From: Paraspadella gotoi
Lineage: Eukaryota > Animalia > Chaetognatha
Reading direction: 5' to 3'
Length of the DNA: 64,000 nucleotides
Assembly (NCBI GenBank): GCA_051294375.1
Contig: CM119265.1
Span: 12,950,124 to 13,014,123, forward strand
Positions 1-13,500 of this stretch are shown here, piece by piece (the first letter of the stretch is position 1; each line of letters begins with the position of its first letter). The notes beneath the pieces were generated by a model. It saw only the letters and a list, made by a program, of their open reading frames with translations, was not told the origin of the DNA and ran no database searches. A program made the position numbers and the translations under genes.

Positions 1-126
1 TTATTAAACAAATTACATAAAAACAATTTTAAATAGATATAAATTATTTAGATTTAAATTTGTATAAAATAAGTTAATAAATAAAAAGAAATAAACAAAT
101 ATTAAAAAAAATTTACTAATTGCTTT

Positions 127-440
127 ATGAAATTGGTACAACCAATATAAAAATTATCCATTCATTTAATAAATAAGCTATCTTACCCCTGACTTTGGAC
201 AGGCTTTGGTGGTTTAAGGCCTCCATCACTCTTACAAGATAATGACATAGCAGGTCCCTGCAAGCTTTCAATCAAGACTCTCTCACAGTCTCGTTTATTC
301 ACTCCCAGAGTACCTGGCTTTCCTATCAATGAAGTGGTATAATATTTCAAAGAATGTTTCAATTGTATGAAAAGACCACTCCCTTAAGTATTAGATCGGG
401 GAATACTTATTGTACTCCGCACTAGCATCAAAATACAAGG
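127..440 (+). repeat. Abundant dispersed repeat family with one fixed end ATGAAATTGGTACAACCAATAT
   Basis: Copies or fragments at about 127-440, 452-520, 1648-1672(-), 6310-6466(-), 12608-12630, 29101-29122(-), 29750-29795(-), 35437-35476(-), 55527-55550, 57150-57472(-), 59083-59268 and 60426-60570. All share the same terminus. Confidence 0.85.
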
Positions 441-746
441 AGCTGAATTTTATGAAATTGGTACAACCAATATAAAAATTATCCATTCATTTAATAAATA
501 AGCTATCTTGCCCCTGACCCCTGTAATAACTACAGTAGTTTGCTTTGTTCAATTTTAAAAATTTAGGTATCCTATAAAATGGTCCATACTTGTGCGCATG
601 CTAATTATAATGAATTAAAGTTTTTCGATCTGGTATAGGAGCAGTAAGCTTTTCTTAACAGACAGTACCATTGGGACACACTGTATTAAAATAATTATTT
701 AAAAATCATAACTAGTTTCCGGTATAAAATATTGAATAAAACTTAC

Positions 747-3700
747 CATGCGCTGTAGATTTTGGGCGTGCTGCTGCATTATAAGCTCAGCGTAGTAATG
801 GTTCCCCTGTTGCCTGTAATACTCGGCCCATGCCAAGCTGTAGTCAGGTTGGCCGCCCGCTCCGGTCGTGGCTCCAGCCTGGGCATTCATGGTGGCTGGA
901 AATAAAACGCATTATATATATATATATATAAATAAAAATAAAAAAAATAAAAAAAAAACCGAGAAAATTTGGACAAATTTTAAACTTGGTAAAAACCTGG
1001 TTCAGCTGGGTTCGAGGTTTGCTGTCCTCCCCATTGGCCATTGGCTTGTTGTCCACCCCATTGGCCATTTGTCTGTTGTCCTCCCCACTGTCCACTGTTA
1101 ATTTGGCCGGTCCCATTGGCGGCCGGTGCTCCCCACTGGCCACCAGGTGCGGCCGGGCCGGAGGCCTGCATGTTACCCCATCCGCCGGCCGCCGGCGCCG
1201 CCATCTGTCCGGACCCCTGGGCTCCCTGACCCTGAGGACTGCCCCACATTCCAGGCCCACCCATTCCACCTTGCGGACCTTGTTGACCGGCGCCTGTAAA
1301 GCAAACAATATTAAAGGGAAAAATGCCTGTAATCAAACAATATTAAAGGGAAAAAATTGAAGGCAAAATGCAAGGAGATTCTTACCTCCGCCCATGGGCG
1401 AGGTTGCCAACCCAATCTTCTCAGAAATCATTCTTTGGGCTGTTTGAATCTGATCCCCGTTCCCGCGAATGATGAACAATTTCTCAGAAGGGTTGGGCGG
1501 TGGAGCACGACTCAACTCCACGTGGGCGCCGGACATGTTCTTTATTTCTCGGATAGTCTCGCCGCCTGGGATTAATCCGTGATACAAAATTAAAAAACGA
1601 TTAAAGTTTGAAAATATTAAGACGAGGAATATAAAACAAACATAACATTATATTGGTTGTACCAATTTCATAATATTATTACCTTTCCCAATGACGAGGC
1701 CACACTTGTCGGCCGGGACGGGGAACTGCACTTCGTCTTGATAACCACCTGCACCGCCGTTGACTTGGCCAGCGCCGCCCATCCAGCCACCTCCTTGACC
1801 GCCGCCCCCTTGCCGTCCGCCGGGACCGCGCCCGCCGTCCCTGGCTTTGGCTTGGGCGATCAGGTCCTGAATGATGCTGGTTGCCATTTGTATCGAATCA
1901 GGAGTACCGCTAATTGTGCATAGACGCTCGGGGGAAGTTCCTGAGAGAGCATAGTGGGCAAGGATTACGAGTTTACATTTACTACTGTTGTAATTCGAGA
2001 CTAAACTAAATTTAAACACGAACCTTGATCATCCTGTTTAAACTGTATTCTCGCGTCGCTCTCTTGTTGGATCTTTTTGATCATATCTCCGTTTTTGCCG
2101 ATAACGACTCCGACGCATGCGCGAGGAACGGGAATATCGACGGCACCTTTTCCTCCGCCGACGTACGCTCCACCAGCGCCACCGCCGTAACCGCCACCGC
2201 CACCGCCACCGCCGCGCCAGTTCAAACCCCCACCATTGGCTTTATCGTCGTTAATTAACTCTTGAACCATGTCTTTGACACGCTGAAGAATGAATAAAAA
2301 TTGTTACGAGAAGTAAAACCATGGGAAAAAGAATCTCCACCTCCAAAATAACAAAAATTAATAATTCGGTGATTTATTTTACTGCCCGTTGGAAAAAGGC
2401 AGTTCAGACATCAGTATGTTGGACATAAACTCTCGTTGTAATCCGTCGATCTTATTTACCTTTTGTAGAAGTGTTTAAAAATAATAACAAACTGTATTGT
2501 TAGTAAACAAATATCGATTGTTTATATTTTTAAAAACTTTTACAAAAGGTAAATAAGATCGACGGATTACGAGAATTTATGTCCAACAGCTAATCAGTAT
2601 TCAATGAGTTAAGGGGTAGTGGGTAAACGCTCCAGTTCAGTTTAACCTCAGGTATCAGCGGACTACAGAAAGCTAAAAGCCGACTGGGGTCAATGGGTTC
2701 AGTAGCATTTAGCACTCAAAAATAATTGGTCAACGCTCTGCAACTAACATGTTGTAATAAAATCTTAAACCTTTCTGATTTTTTTGATGTAATAAAAATT
2801 GATTTACGTTTATAGTTTTCGGATAATTTGTTAAAACAAAAACTTGCCCTTTAATCAGCGACGTTCACAAAGATTTCAATCAACATTAATTATTAGACAA
2901 AGGATTACGGCTTGCCAATAGTATAGAGTCCCGAGATGGTAGAATCACAAAATTATAGGTTTTTCAACAAAAATTGAAATAGAGTTCTTGGTAATAAAAT
3001 TAATAAGAAAAGAATTGAAAAAAAGGTAATCTCGTTTTGTTTTTGCGCTCTAAAGAAAAATATTTATGTAGTTCTTGTTTCTAAAATGACATGTAAAATA
3101 AAAAAAAACATCTATTTTACTAGTTTACTCGTTAACTAGTTTTTCTAGTTATGGTAATTAAGTCTCATCATCATTTTCCGTATGAGCATTTCGATAGTGA
3201 TCTAGTTAAAAACAAACGACACTTGGATAGAATATTATAGCACCAAAAGGTATTGCTAGTTAAAATTACAACTAGCCTAACTTAATATTTGAATTCACAT
3301 AATTTCAACAACAAATAATAAAAATATTTCCGAAATGCAATATAAAACCACGAGAGAAATTTACCAAAATTGTCATATCTTAGTATTTTAGATTATATAA
3401 AATATGTAGTCGGGCTTTGCATAGGTTCACCCCATCTATAAGCATGACACCTTCAGTCGTGACCCGGTGGCTCATTGAGAAAAGCCATCAGCTCATGACA
3501 GGGTAGGTACCGGGTTGGGATTGAACCCGGTACCTACCCTGCGGGAAGCGTGAGGACGGCCGTAAACCGCCTTGGGGGCGTGAAAAACCCTCAAGCCTGG
3601 TTCTAAGCCCAAGACCTGTTCCATGGCTGTTAGAGGGGTTAAAGAAGTTGCGGATAATCATCTTCAGCCCACTTAGCACTTTATCCACATATATCTTTAA

Positions 3701-5078
3701 ACATTCAATAAATATAAAACCAAATCACGATTAAAGTCATAAGATTTAAGTAATTACAAGTTTTCAGGGGTTAACATTAGTGACAACAACAATAACAATA
3801 CCTGGCATTTCTGAGGATCTCCAGATATCCTTAACGGCTTTGGCTGGGTTGACGCAACGTTGGAATCTTGCACCATGACCATTTTAACGCCTTCCCGTTC
3901 TTGCAATTGTTTGATGGTTTCTCCTCCCTTTCCAATCACGAGGCCAACTTTGTTTCCAGGGACAAGGATCTCGACGGTGGCGGCGGCACCAGTACTTGCG
4001 CCACCACCGCCGCCGGTGCTTCCTCCACCACCACCGCCAGGAATACCCGCGACACCGCTACCCATGCTTGCCATGCCGGCGTTGGTCTTTTCATTAATAA
4101 CTTCTTGCAAAAGCTGTTTGGCTTTTGCAACAGCCTCCGGAGAACCGGTTAGGGTACACTGGCGTTCAGGGCCAGTGCTTACTTGATTAATCTGAATCTT
4201 GCAACCAGATGTGGCTTGCAGTTTGGTTATCTGCTCACCACCCTTTCCTATGATTAGGCCAACCATCCGGTCAGGAACCTTATAATCCTCGGTAATCATG
4301 CCAGTTGGCGCACCGGCAGGTCGGTCGCCACCACCAACAGCCGGGTTATTCATTTGAAGAGCAGCAGCCAACTCCCGAGCCCTAAAATAAAACCATTATT
4401 ATAAAGGGCTATTGTCGTACAATTTGTTAAAAAACACAAACATAACATAACGAAACGCGCCAAAATATGCAAAAAAATAATTTTATATAGTAAAAGAACT
4501 ATATAATGTAGTATAAAAATAATTTTATACAGTAACAACTATATAATGTAGTATAATGCTCCAGGGTTAAGAGATAAGAAGCAAGAGGTAAGAGTAACTG
4601 GAGGGAGAGCGAGTGAATGACAGCTTATGCCTTATTCAATACGTAGCAATTTATCAAAAATAAAAAAAATGATCCGAGCCTTAAACTTACTTTTGCTGAG
4701 CAATAAGGAGGTGAGGGGGTTGACCTATATAAGAAAAGAAAATCAAGGTTACGCATTGCGTTTTTATAGATAATTTAAAATAAAAAAAAAACAAAAAATC
4801 AGAGCTCTGTAACACATCAATAATGCGTCAGTTCAAAGTGAAGAAAATTTTGAAATCATCATGTACTATTAACTAATAAGTAATAAAAGGTATCGATTAC
4901 AAGATGCTAATATCTTACCCATGTCCGCAACGCCGTTCATATTTTCTTCGGATGGGGGGCGCTTTAGGCCTCGATTAGGGGGTTGAGAGCCCTCGTCTTG
5001 AGAGAAGTAAGGAGGTTGGAGCAGCGTCGACGAAGACGAAATTGACGATGCAGAGTTCAAAGTTATTTTGGCCGCGAT
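747..5078 (-). CDS. FUBP1: Far-upstream element-binding protein / KHSRP / Drosophila PSI-like KH-domain RNA-binding protein (multi-exon; 3' end runs off the window, first coding exon not resolved)
   Basis: Four type-I KH domains with GxxG loops ([47 protein letters not shown]|GGETI), an N-terminal IAAKI motif, Gly/Gln-rich linkers and a C-terminal [16 protein letters not shown] repeat. GT-AG exons at approximately 4918-5078, 4691-4724, 3801-4382, 2022-2283, 1683-1941, 1386-1567, 997-1294 and 747-896. The paralogue symbol is approximate. Confidence 0.93.
2417..2588. mobile_element. Short palindromic MITE-like element in FUBP intron
   Basis: Long imperfect inverted repeat: tgttggacataaa...gtaatccgtcgatcttatttaccttttgta / tacaaaaggtaaataagatcgacggattac...tttatgtccaaca. 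Confidence 0.7.
3405..3689 (+). mobile_element. GC-rich TGTAG...CCACA solo-LTR-like element carrying a twister-like ribozyme
   Basis: 285-bp GC-rich island in an AT-rich intron, with TG...CA termini and multiple hairpins, including an 18-bp perfect stem at 3499-3541. Confidence 0.6.
3541..3619 (+). ncRNA. Type-P5 twister-ribozyme-like motif
   Basis: GCGGG aa G[C]GT GA GGA CGGCCG T^AA ACC GC CTTGGGGG..CCCTCAAG CCTGG TTCTAAGC CCAAG a CCTGT. All stems and both pseudoknots can be drawn, with some G-U pairs and one P4 mismatch. Confidence 0.7.
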
Positions 5079-6559
5079 CTAAACACCAAATTACTTTAGC
5101 TTACTTTATATTTTCTTTTCCTTTCATGCTATAGTTTCAGTTTTTAACCTCTTTAATCAACAAAAAAAAACTAAACCAAATGACTAGAAAATAATCCTGT
5201 AAATGGAAAGAATACAGAAATACAGAAAATTACTTTTCTTTAAAGAAAAACTTAATAAAAAAATTATAAAATACGTCAATTATTACAACCAAATTATGTC
5301 TTCAGTTGAGAAAAATGTTATTAATAATATTGGCAGCAAGGAAACCAACGTGTATGGTTTTTAACTTTTAATCTAGGCAAAAGCCAACATACAATCTTGG
5401 CCGGCGTCTCTGGAAACGGGACAGGAACGTTGGGCCGGCCTAGGAAATCATTTAACGAAAAAAAAAGGGCAGCCATTTCGATTTGCAGCCTATTGGCAGC
5501 CTGCCACGATGGCCGAGTGCTGCAGCCAACGAACTACGCACATAGCATCAATCTTTTTACATACCTTTGAGTTTAAACGAGAGGTTTGTAGGAACAAGGA
5601 CTAACAATGAAGGAATTATATTCGATGTTAATGCAAGAATTATAGATGAAGCGAAAAATAAGAAAAATTAATAGGAAAATTCAGAAGCCGCTGGATGGCT
5701 TATTTTCCCCACGAGCCACGTTTCTTCTCTCTGCCTGTCGAGAGACTGAAGGGAGTGAACAACGAATAGAAGAGAGAAATCCGCAGACAAAGCGCTGCAG
5801 CGACGAGGTTGAAACCTGCAGGCGAAGCGTCCAAAGCGCCTCGTCTTACAGGAAGAGGAAGAGTAAAACAAAATGTTCTTTGCCCAGAGAGGGAGCGTAG
5901 AAAAATAAAGACAGCAACGAATTGCGAAATGAACAACAGAATGTAAGGTTTATATGAACTACTTATGTGGATTTAAATAATTTCCATACTCAAACAATTT
6001 AAAATGTTGATAGTAACAGTGTTGAAATATTCTTAAATAAATATTTGTCACTATATGAGCAAATTTATTTTATTTTTCCTCATTTATGATTGTGAGATTG
6101 ATCAGATTAATTAGAAGCTTAGCTGACACAAACCGTAATATTAAATAAATTTACTTCCACTAAAAAAATCCCTTATGTTATGAAAACCCTTACATGAAAT
6201 TTTCAAAACTTATTAGAAATAAGAGTAGTCCAAGATTTTGAAATGTTCCCCCTGTTAGTGTAAATATATAAAAACTCAATTTGCATTGAATAATACAATA
6301 AAAAAAACCGACGCTGCTGATTGAAAGCTTGTAGAGACCTGCTACGTCATTATCTTATAAGAGTGATGAAGGCCCTAAACCACCAAAGCCTGTCCAAAGT
6401 CAGGGGCAAGATAGCTTATTTATTAAATGAATGGATAATTTTTATATTGGTTGTACCAATTTTATGACATGGACGACCATAATTAGCAAACGCTAGTTTT
6501 TTATACATTGATATTCATAAGAAGTGAAATCCTAGTAGGCGAAAGTAAAATATTACCAT

Positions 6560-7185
6560 TACAGAAGGCTTCATATTATAAAATTAGTTACCCCTTTTTT
6601 GTGACCAGAACACGTTCCGAGAGAACTACTGGACCAAATTTATTGAAATTTAGTATGAGGGATCCCTATGTGAATACAAATAGATCTATCGAGGCGAATT
6701 TCAACATTTGACCCCTGAGCCGAGATATGGGGCCCCGGAGGGGTCACCCTTAGTGGCTAAAGAAGATCAAAAATTGTTTTCAAATTTTAAAGACGTTTAT
6801 TTGCATAGACGTTTACTTTTAGTTTACCTTAATTTTTAGCTTCATGAACATCAGCAGTTCAAGTCAGTTTTGAAATAATTTGGGCAAATTGGAAGTAAAA
6901 TGATGAATCATGCATCTTCAAACTATGCTTAATGATTGAAAATTTAATTAATTTTAGTTCTAAAATATTTTTCAAAAAATGAAATTTTTTTATTTTTTTT
7001 GGCCCCCCCGGGGGTCCACCCCAGGGCCCTGTATCTCTTGTCAGGGGTTGAATATTAAAATTCGCCTCGATAATTCCATTTATATCTTCATTAGGACTAA
7101 ATGCAAAATTTCATGAAATTCGATCAGGTAGTTTAGTAGGAACAGAAAAAAGGGATACCTCATTTTATAATATGAAGCCTTCTGT
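6560..7185. mobile_element. TIR-bounded non-autonomous DNA transposon (MITE)
   Basis: Terminal inverted repeats tacagaaggcttcatattataaaat / attttataatatgaagccttctgta, plus internal inverted sub-repeats. Confidence 0.7.
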
Positions 7186-10100
7186 ATATTCTATATACAG
7201 CATTGATAGACCATTATTTAGGCTTTCTTATTATGTGAAATTTATATTGACTTCAATCAGGAAAATGTACGCCGCCAGTACTCACGAAGCGACTATATAT
7301 TCTAGAAGTAACTTTTCTGCCGGTCGATCGGTCGTTATGTCGGTGTGTCCTACTTAAGTGTTTATAACGCGGGTAAAACTTCATCAGTTAAGTTCATATT
7401 TGGGAAGTAGGAGTAAGTAAGACCTGTAATGAGCATATGTATAATACTTGTGCCGTCACATGATCACCTCAAAAAGCGATCTGGTATCACGAAATTCAAT
7501 GCGGCATAATTCATGAAGAATCATTTTAGTTAATACTTGACAGACTACTAAGGTATTAGAAAATGCTTCGTGCATATGTTTCATACTTGTGTACAATGTG
7601 TAGTATCGTACCCACAGAATTACAGTCATGTGATCAGAGAATAAAAGCAGCATGTTTTGTTTAATATTTGGTTGATTTGCTTATAACTTAATATAGAAGT
7701 TATATACTATTAGATGCTTCTTGTGCATACGTTTCACATTTGTATAGTCACGTAATCATAGAAAAAATATCCACGAAAGACAGTCACAGCGGTGTAACGC
7801 CTTGAACTTGCCGGTTTTTGTTTTCTAATTTTTTTTGTTAGGCAAAAGATTTAATTTATAAAAGTTAATAAAAAATCAAATATAAAAACTTATCTTATTT
7901 AGATACTTAAGGCATGATAAAGATCTCTTTGGTGTTATTCACGTCTGGACACGTGATATAAAATCTGATACATTAAATTGAGGTTTCTTAGTTCAGCTGT
8001 GAAATCCGTAGAGTTATAAAAATAAAAAACGGCAAAATTACGGTGTAGAATATATCCAGATTATCATTTAAAATACCTTTTATAAAATTAAAATGGGTGG
8101 GGGTTCAAAACTTTAGTCGAAGTCTATTAGAAAAAGAATTTGTTTAAAAAAGTTTACTTTAGTGCTTTTAATGTTGCTATAAATATAAAAATATTATTAT
8201 ATAACGATAAAATTTTTTTAAATCAATCTTAAATTTTTAATTATTTTTAATTATTTTTGACAGAACACAAAAAGGCAAATATAACTATTAATTTTAAAAA
8301 TTCTTACGTTTTCTTGGTCAAAATTTAATAAAGGAATAAAATTATCGAAAGATGTTGATGATGATGATTATTAACGTTTTTTATTTTTTTTCACCCACAT
8401 ATATTCAAAATATCAAAAAGTGAAGACAACTTTTTGCAAGCGACCTAAATCTGATTTTAAAAATAAAAAAATCTAAAAAAATTATTTAGCCTTTCCTCAC
8501 TATAAATATTAAAAAAATTAATATATGGAGTTTTGAGTAATGTTAAGAATTTTTTTTTCATTCTTATTTTTAGAAAAAAATTTAAAATTTTAGATTGAGC
8601 GGGTGCTCAATTCAAATTTCGTACCCACTTTACTGAGATCATCATGTAACTACATAAGTATTAAGTGTATGCACAAGCACGTTATAGTTCTTCAATCATC
8701 ATACGTCTGTAACGAATTACATGAAAAAAGAGTAAAATGTAGTATGTAAAATGTAGTCGAGAGACTTCTAGAGCTGTTCCGCGAGTACTCGCGGCACTAC
8801 TTTATAGATATTATACATGTGCAAGGTATTTAGAAAAAATCGGAAAAATTTAATTTAATTCAATTATCTCAGAATTATAAGTTTACTGGGAATTGTTGAA
8901 AAAAATTTTTTTTCTGAAAACAAACATACGATAAAGCAAAAATAACTGTTTTAGAAAATCACAACTGACTGATGGAAACCGGTAACCATAACAGGAGATG
9001 TAGGCTCTGACACTGTATTCTTGACATGATAATCGTTACTCAAAGAAAAGAAAGTACCAAAAAAAGTGCTATCAACGCAAAGAACAAGAAAATCAGAAAT
9101 TCAACAGGATCCAACGACAGAAATTGCATACTAAATGGCGACAAGGCAAGAAATTTGACAATGGCAGGGAATTACGATGTCAATCATAAACAGCACGAAA
9201 AAACGTTTAAAATTTTAAATAGGCAATTAACAAAAAAAACCATTTAATCTCAAATCATAAAAATTAAAGTTTAACCAAAAATCTAAGATAAACAGTTATG
9301 CAAACGATATTAATGAAACGTAACAGTTATTGCAGTGAAATTTTTGTCAATAATTTGAAAAGCTATAAAACGTATAATTTAATTTAGTTGACCTGAAAAA
9401 AAATCAACAAATAGACACAAAACTGTAAAATGCAGTTTAACACCAACAGAATCATTAATTTTGTTCCTATTTTACGAGTATCATCAATGATAACGAATAT
9501 TAACAATCCAAAGGAAATAATGAAATGCGAAATAAGAGAAGAATTGAAGAAGAGCAGTTCAATCAAATGCAAAGGAATTTAAACAAGATGAAATCACTTT
9601 AGTTAATCGCGCAATCGTAAAGTCAAAAACAATCAAAATATATCCCATCCCAATGCAAAAAAGTTATATTTTTGTCAATCAATTGATTATTGAGAATTAC
9701 GCAATATCATCAATAAAACTTATATATTAAACCTTGAACGTCGCTGATTCAGAGCCTTTTTTTGAATAAGTTGAAATTAAGCATTTTATTTTAAATCAGT
9801 TAATACCAAAAAAAAAAAACGCAATAAAAAACGTTTGTATTTTTTATTTTCTGAGTTTATATTTCATTTTGATTTCTGACCTGCTTAGCCCTTGCCACTG
9901 GGTCGATAGCGTCGAGATTTGAGGATATATCTGAAGAAGAAAAGTCAGACATTTTCACTGGTTTCGAACAAACTGGAATAATTTTCCAACGATCCGTACG
10001 AAATGAATGAAACGAAGTAGTTTTTTTTTCAAAAACCTAAGAAAAAAGAAACAAATAATTCATATCACAGACACAATTAGTTGAATTAATTATTGAATAA

Positions 10101-10509
10101 CATCTTTTGTAAACAATTCATATTAAGGTTAGTAAAAATCAGACATTGGAAACGTGGGATTACTTAGTTTCCGAACGCGTGCTTATCTTGGCGGAAGAAT
10201 ACACTGAAGGGGAAGCAGCTTAGCAACGCGACGCTTGAAAAAAATGAGAAAAAATTTAAGACCGACAAACTTTAATGAATTTACTGCATAATTTCAGGTC
10301 TCTTGATTAATTCAAGAACAACAAACATGAGTAATAAAAACTAAATGGCCGCAGAAAAGATTACATAAAAACCGACATCCAAATTTTAATTTCTAGATGT
10401 CTCAATTGTCTCATAATAAATCAAGAGCCAGACCAAAAAAGTCATTTGAAGTATGTATTTTTAAACAAAATAACAATTAGTAATATATAACATGACATTT
10501 TTTTTTCAG

Positions 10510-13500
10510 ACATGTGCCTTTCTCGGTATTGGAAAGATTGGAGATGATACCGAAAAGAGGGAAGTATAAGTTATGGATGAAAAGCTCTTCCCGATTCCAG
10601 AGTAAATGATATTTATTATCCTAACTATAAGTATAAACCCTCTTAACCGTAAATACCTTTAACCCTAAACTACCCCTAAACCACACTTAACCCTTAACCA
10701 CTCTTAACCCCGGTAGGTGAAAGTAAAATTATGTCAAATATTTTGTAACACTGATAAAATGTTTGAGATAGTATTTGTATAAGCTTAAGATATTAAAATC
10801 AAAAGGGGCGGAGGTACAAAATTTTATTCTTGATATCTACTTTCAGGTAAAATATATATTTTTTTAAATCAATCTTAAATTATTTTTATGGATTCTGATA
10901 AAGCACAAAAAGTTAAAATGTAATTACAACTTTTAAAAATTCTTACGTTTTTTGCTCAAAATTAAGAAAAACTTATAAAATTATCGAAAGATAATGATGT
11001 TGATGAATTTTAACTGTTTTACTTATTTTTCTCCCACTTATAATCAAAATATGAAAAAAAATTATACTTTGTGTAGACAACTTTTTGCAAGCTACCTGAA
11101 TCTGATCTTAAAAATAAAAAAAATCATAAAATAAATTTTAGCCTTTCCTATCCATAAATATTAAAAAATTAATTACTAGGGTAAAGAGCCATATAGGTAT
11201 AGAGTCATATTAAATTTTTTTTGACTATCCTAATTTTAAAAAAAAATGTTTAAAATTTCGTTTGAACAGGTGCTCAATTAAAATTTTTGACCCAACTTAC
11301 CTTAATAGGCCACCCCCTACTTAAGACACTAATTTGATTTCCATGGACCAAAACTTTCTAAAATGGCACGAAGCACTCAGTCTCAGTCAGTGAAAGTAAA
11401 ATTTTGTCTAAAATAATTGAGAACAGAGAAAGAAAGAAGGACAGAAAGAAAGAGAGTGAAGATAAGTTCAGTCAGGCAAAGGTCAGCGACCTAAGACCTC
11501 AAGGAAGCCATTGTCCTCGTTTATCCATGTAGTGAAGGACCGGGTTCCACGCATCAGTCTTGACTAACGCGCCATCTCCCTGTCCAATACTGTACCGTCG
11601 AATCTCTAGTGCCTCGTATATCATATGCGAGTTTCTTTTTATTTTTCCCCAACTTTTTTTTAACAATGGAAGCGTTGGTAAAGTCAGGGATTTCAGGGAG
11701 CCTCACATCCACCATCGTTCAGTCAATCCCATTGGTTCCATCCACAGTCCTAACGACTCTGCGTTGGCAAAGCGAGACCGTCCTCGGATAACCGAGCCAG
11801 TTGCAGGCGGCACCACTGAGGGTCGGAAGGCACCACTGAGGGTCGGAAGCCAACATTGAGATGCCCCATCGCAATTGGCATTACAGGCAAACCCGGCTAT
11901 TACTTTATCCCCATTGTTTTTTTCAATAGCCTTGTGTTCATTTCATCTAGTTTTAAAGTTTCCAGATGTTTGACCAATGTAGACCGACTTATGATTTATC
12001 AGAACAAGGACATTGAAACTTATAAATGCCTTTTTTTAGTTCAAGGTCTGGCTTTGTACGGTTTTCATTGCAAAAGATGTCCTTGAGTTTAGCACCAGCT
12101 TTTGAAACAGCTCTTTCGTGAAAGTGCAATGTTGGGTATAAAGGGTAAGTGGCAAGAGTAAGGCCGAATGAGTGGCCGAATGACCCTCTTTTTGGTCTTA
12201 AGTCACTAACCTTAGTCTGACTGAACTTTTCTTCAATCTCTCTCTCTCTCTTCTTAATTATTTTGTTTTATTTTTTAATTTTTTTAAATTTTCCTAAGTC
12301 AAAATATATGTAATAAAAACAAATTGATTTTTGCCTTTAAACCGTATTTCTCCGTTTTAAAAATACATGTTTGTATTACAATTGTGCTGGTGTAAGCGAG
12401 GCACTTTTTATTTACTAGAATGACACTGAACTTTTAATTTTCAATTGTTCTGTTTAGGATGTCAAATTTACTCTCGCCGGAGGTAGTGGAGAATTTGAAT
12501 GAAGAGAGAGTTGCCTTGACACCAGGAATAAATGAACGGCACAATCAGTTCGATGAAGTGGTAAGGACGAGGGGGACAATCTTAAGAAGAATGGACGTCT
12601 CAAGAACTATGAAATCGGTACAACCAAAAATTATTTATTAATTCATGTATCCAAAAACTATTTTAAAAATTTTCTCTAACGGTTCTACTCTGATAAAATA
12701 TTTTCAATAAAACTTGAGCTGCAACTCTTAGTTTATTATTCTTTTTTATTATTTATTATTCTCTGTACTTTTTACTTGAGCGAGGTACACCACAACATAT
12801 TCGAGACTAGCGAATGCGTGACTGCGACAGTTTTTTTTAATAAAACTTTTGCTTACTTAAAAATCTAGGTTTAACATAAGAAAAAAATAGTTTCATAAAT
12901 TGGGCTTCCTGTTTTCAATCAGTTTTTACTAATAAATGTCGGATAACCAAGAAAAAAAATGTTTGCATTTATTTTGGATATTCGCAAGAGAAATCCAGTC
13001 ATTTATTTGGAATACCCAATAGAAAGGACTTAAGGAGTTGCTAATATAATAGTTTCTTAAATCTTAGATTGAATGATCCTATCTTGCCCCAAACTTTGGT
13101 CAAGCTTACAAGTTAAAGAAGCTGTTTGGTAATACCTTATGGCTAAAAATATCTGTATTTTTACTTAGAGTACGTGTTTTAAACGCTTATCGCCAAACCA
13201 ATCTTTGTGGATGACAAGTCCTCGACAGAGTGTCCTGCCAAGACTTCACGCATATGGGAATCAAAGACGTACATCTTCTGTAATGTCGGTTGGTGGGACC
13301 AGAACCGACATACGGTTAAGAATACCGTTCAAGCAACACATCGGAAATCTTGAATATATCAATCAGGTTCATTCTAGTCTATTTCTTAATCACTTTTCAC
13401 GTTTTAAAATCAAAACCGAATTCTTCACAACGAAAAGATTAAATGCTCAATAACACGTAGAATCTAGACATGATAAAATGAAACGCTTATCGATTCTAAA

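Noticed and set aside
5646-5936. ORFs upstream of FUBP
   Set aside because: Overlapping ORFs on both strands with no motif; more consistent with the FUBP promoter or 5' leader.
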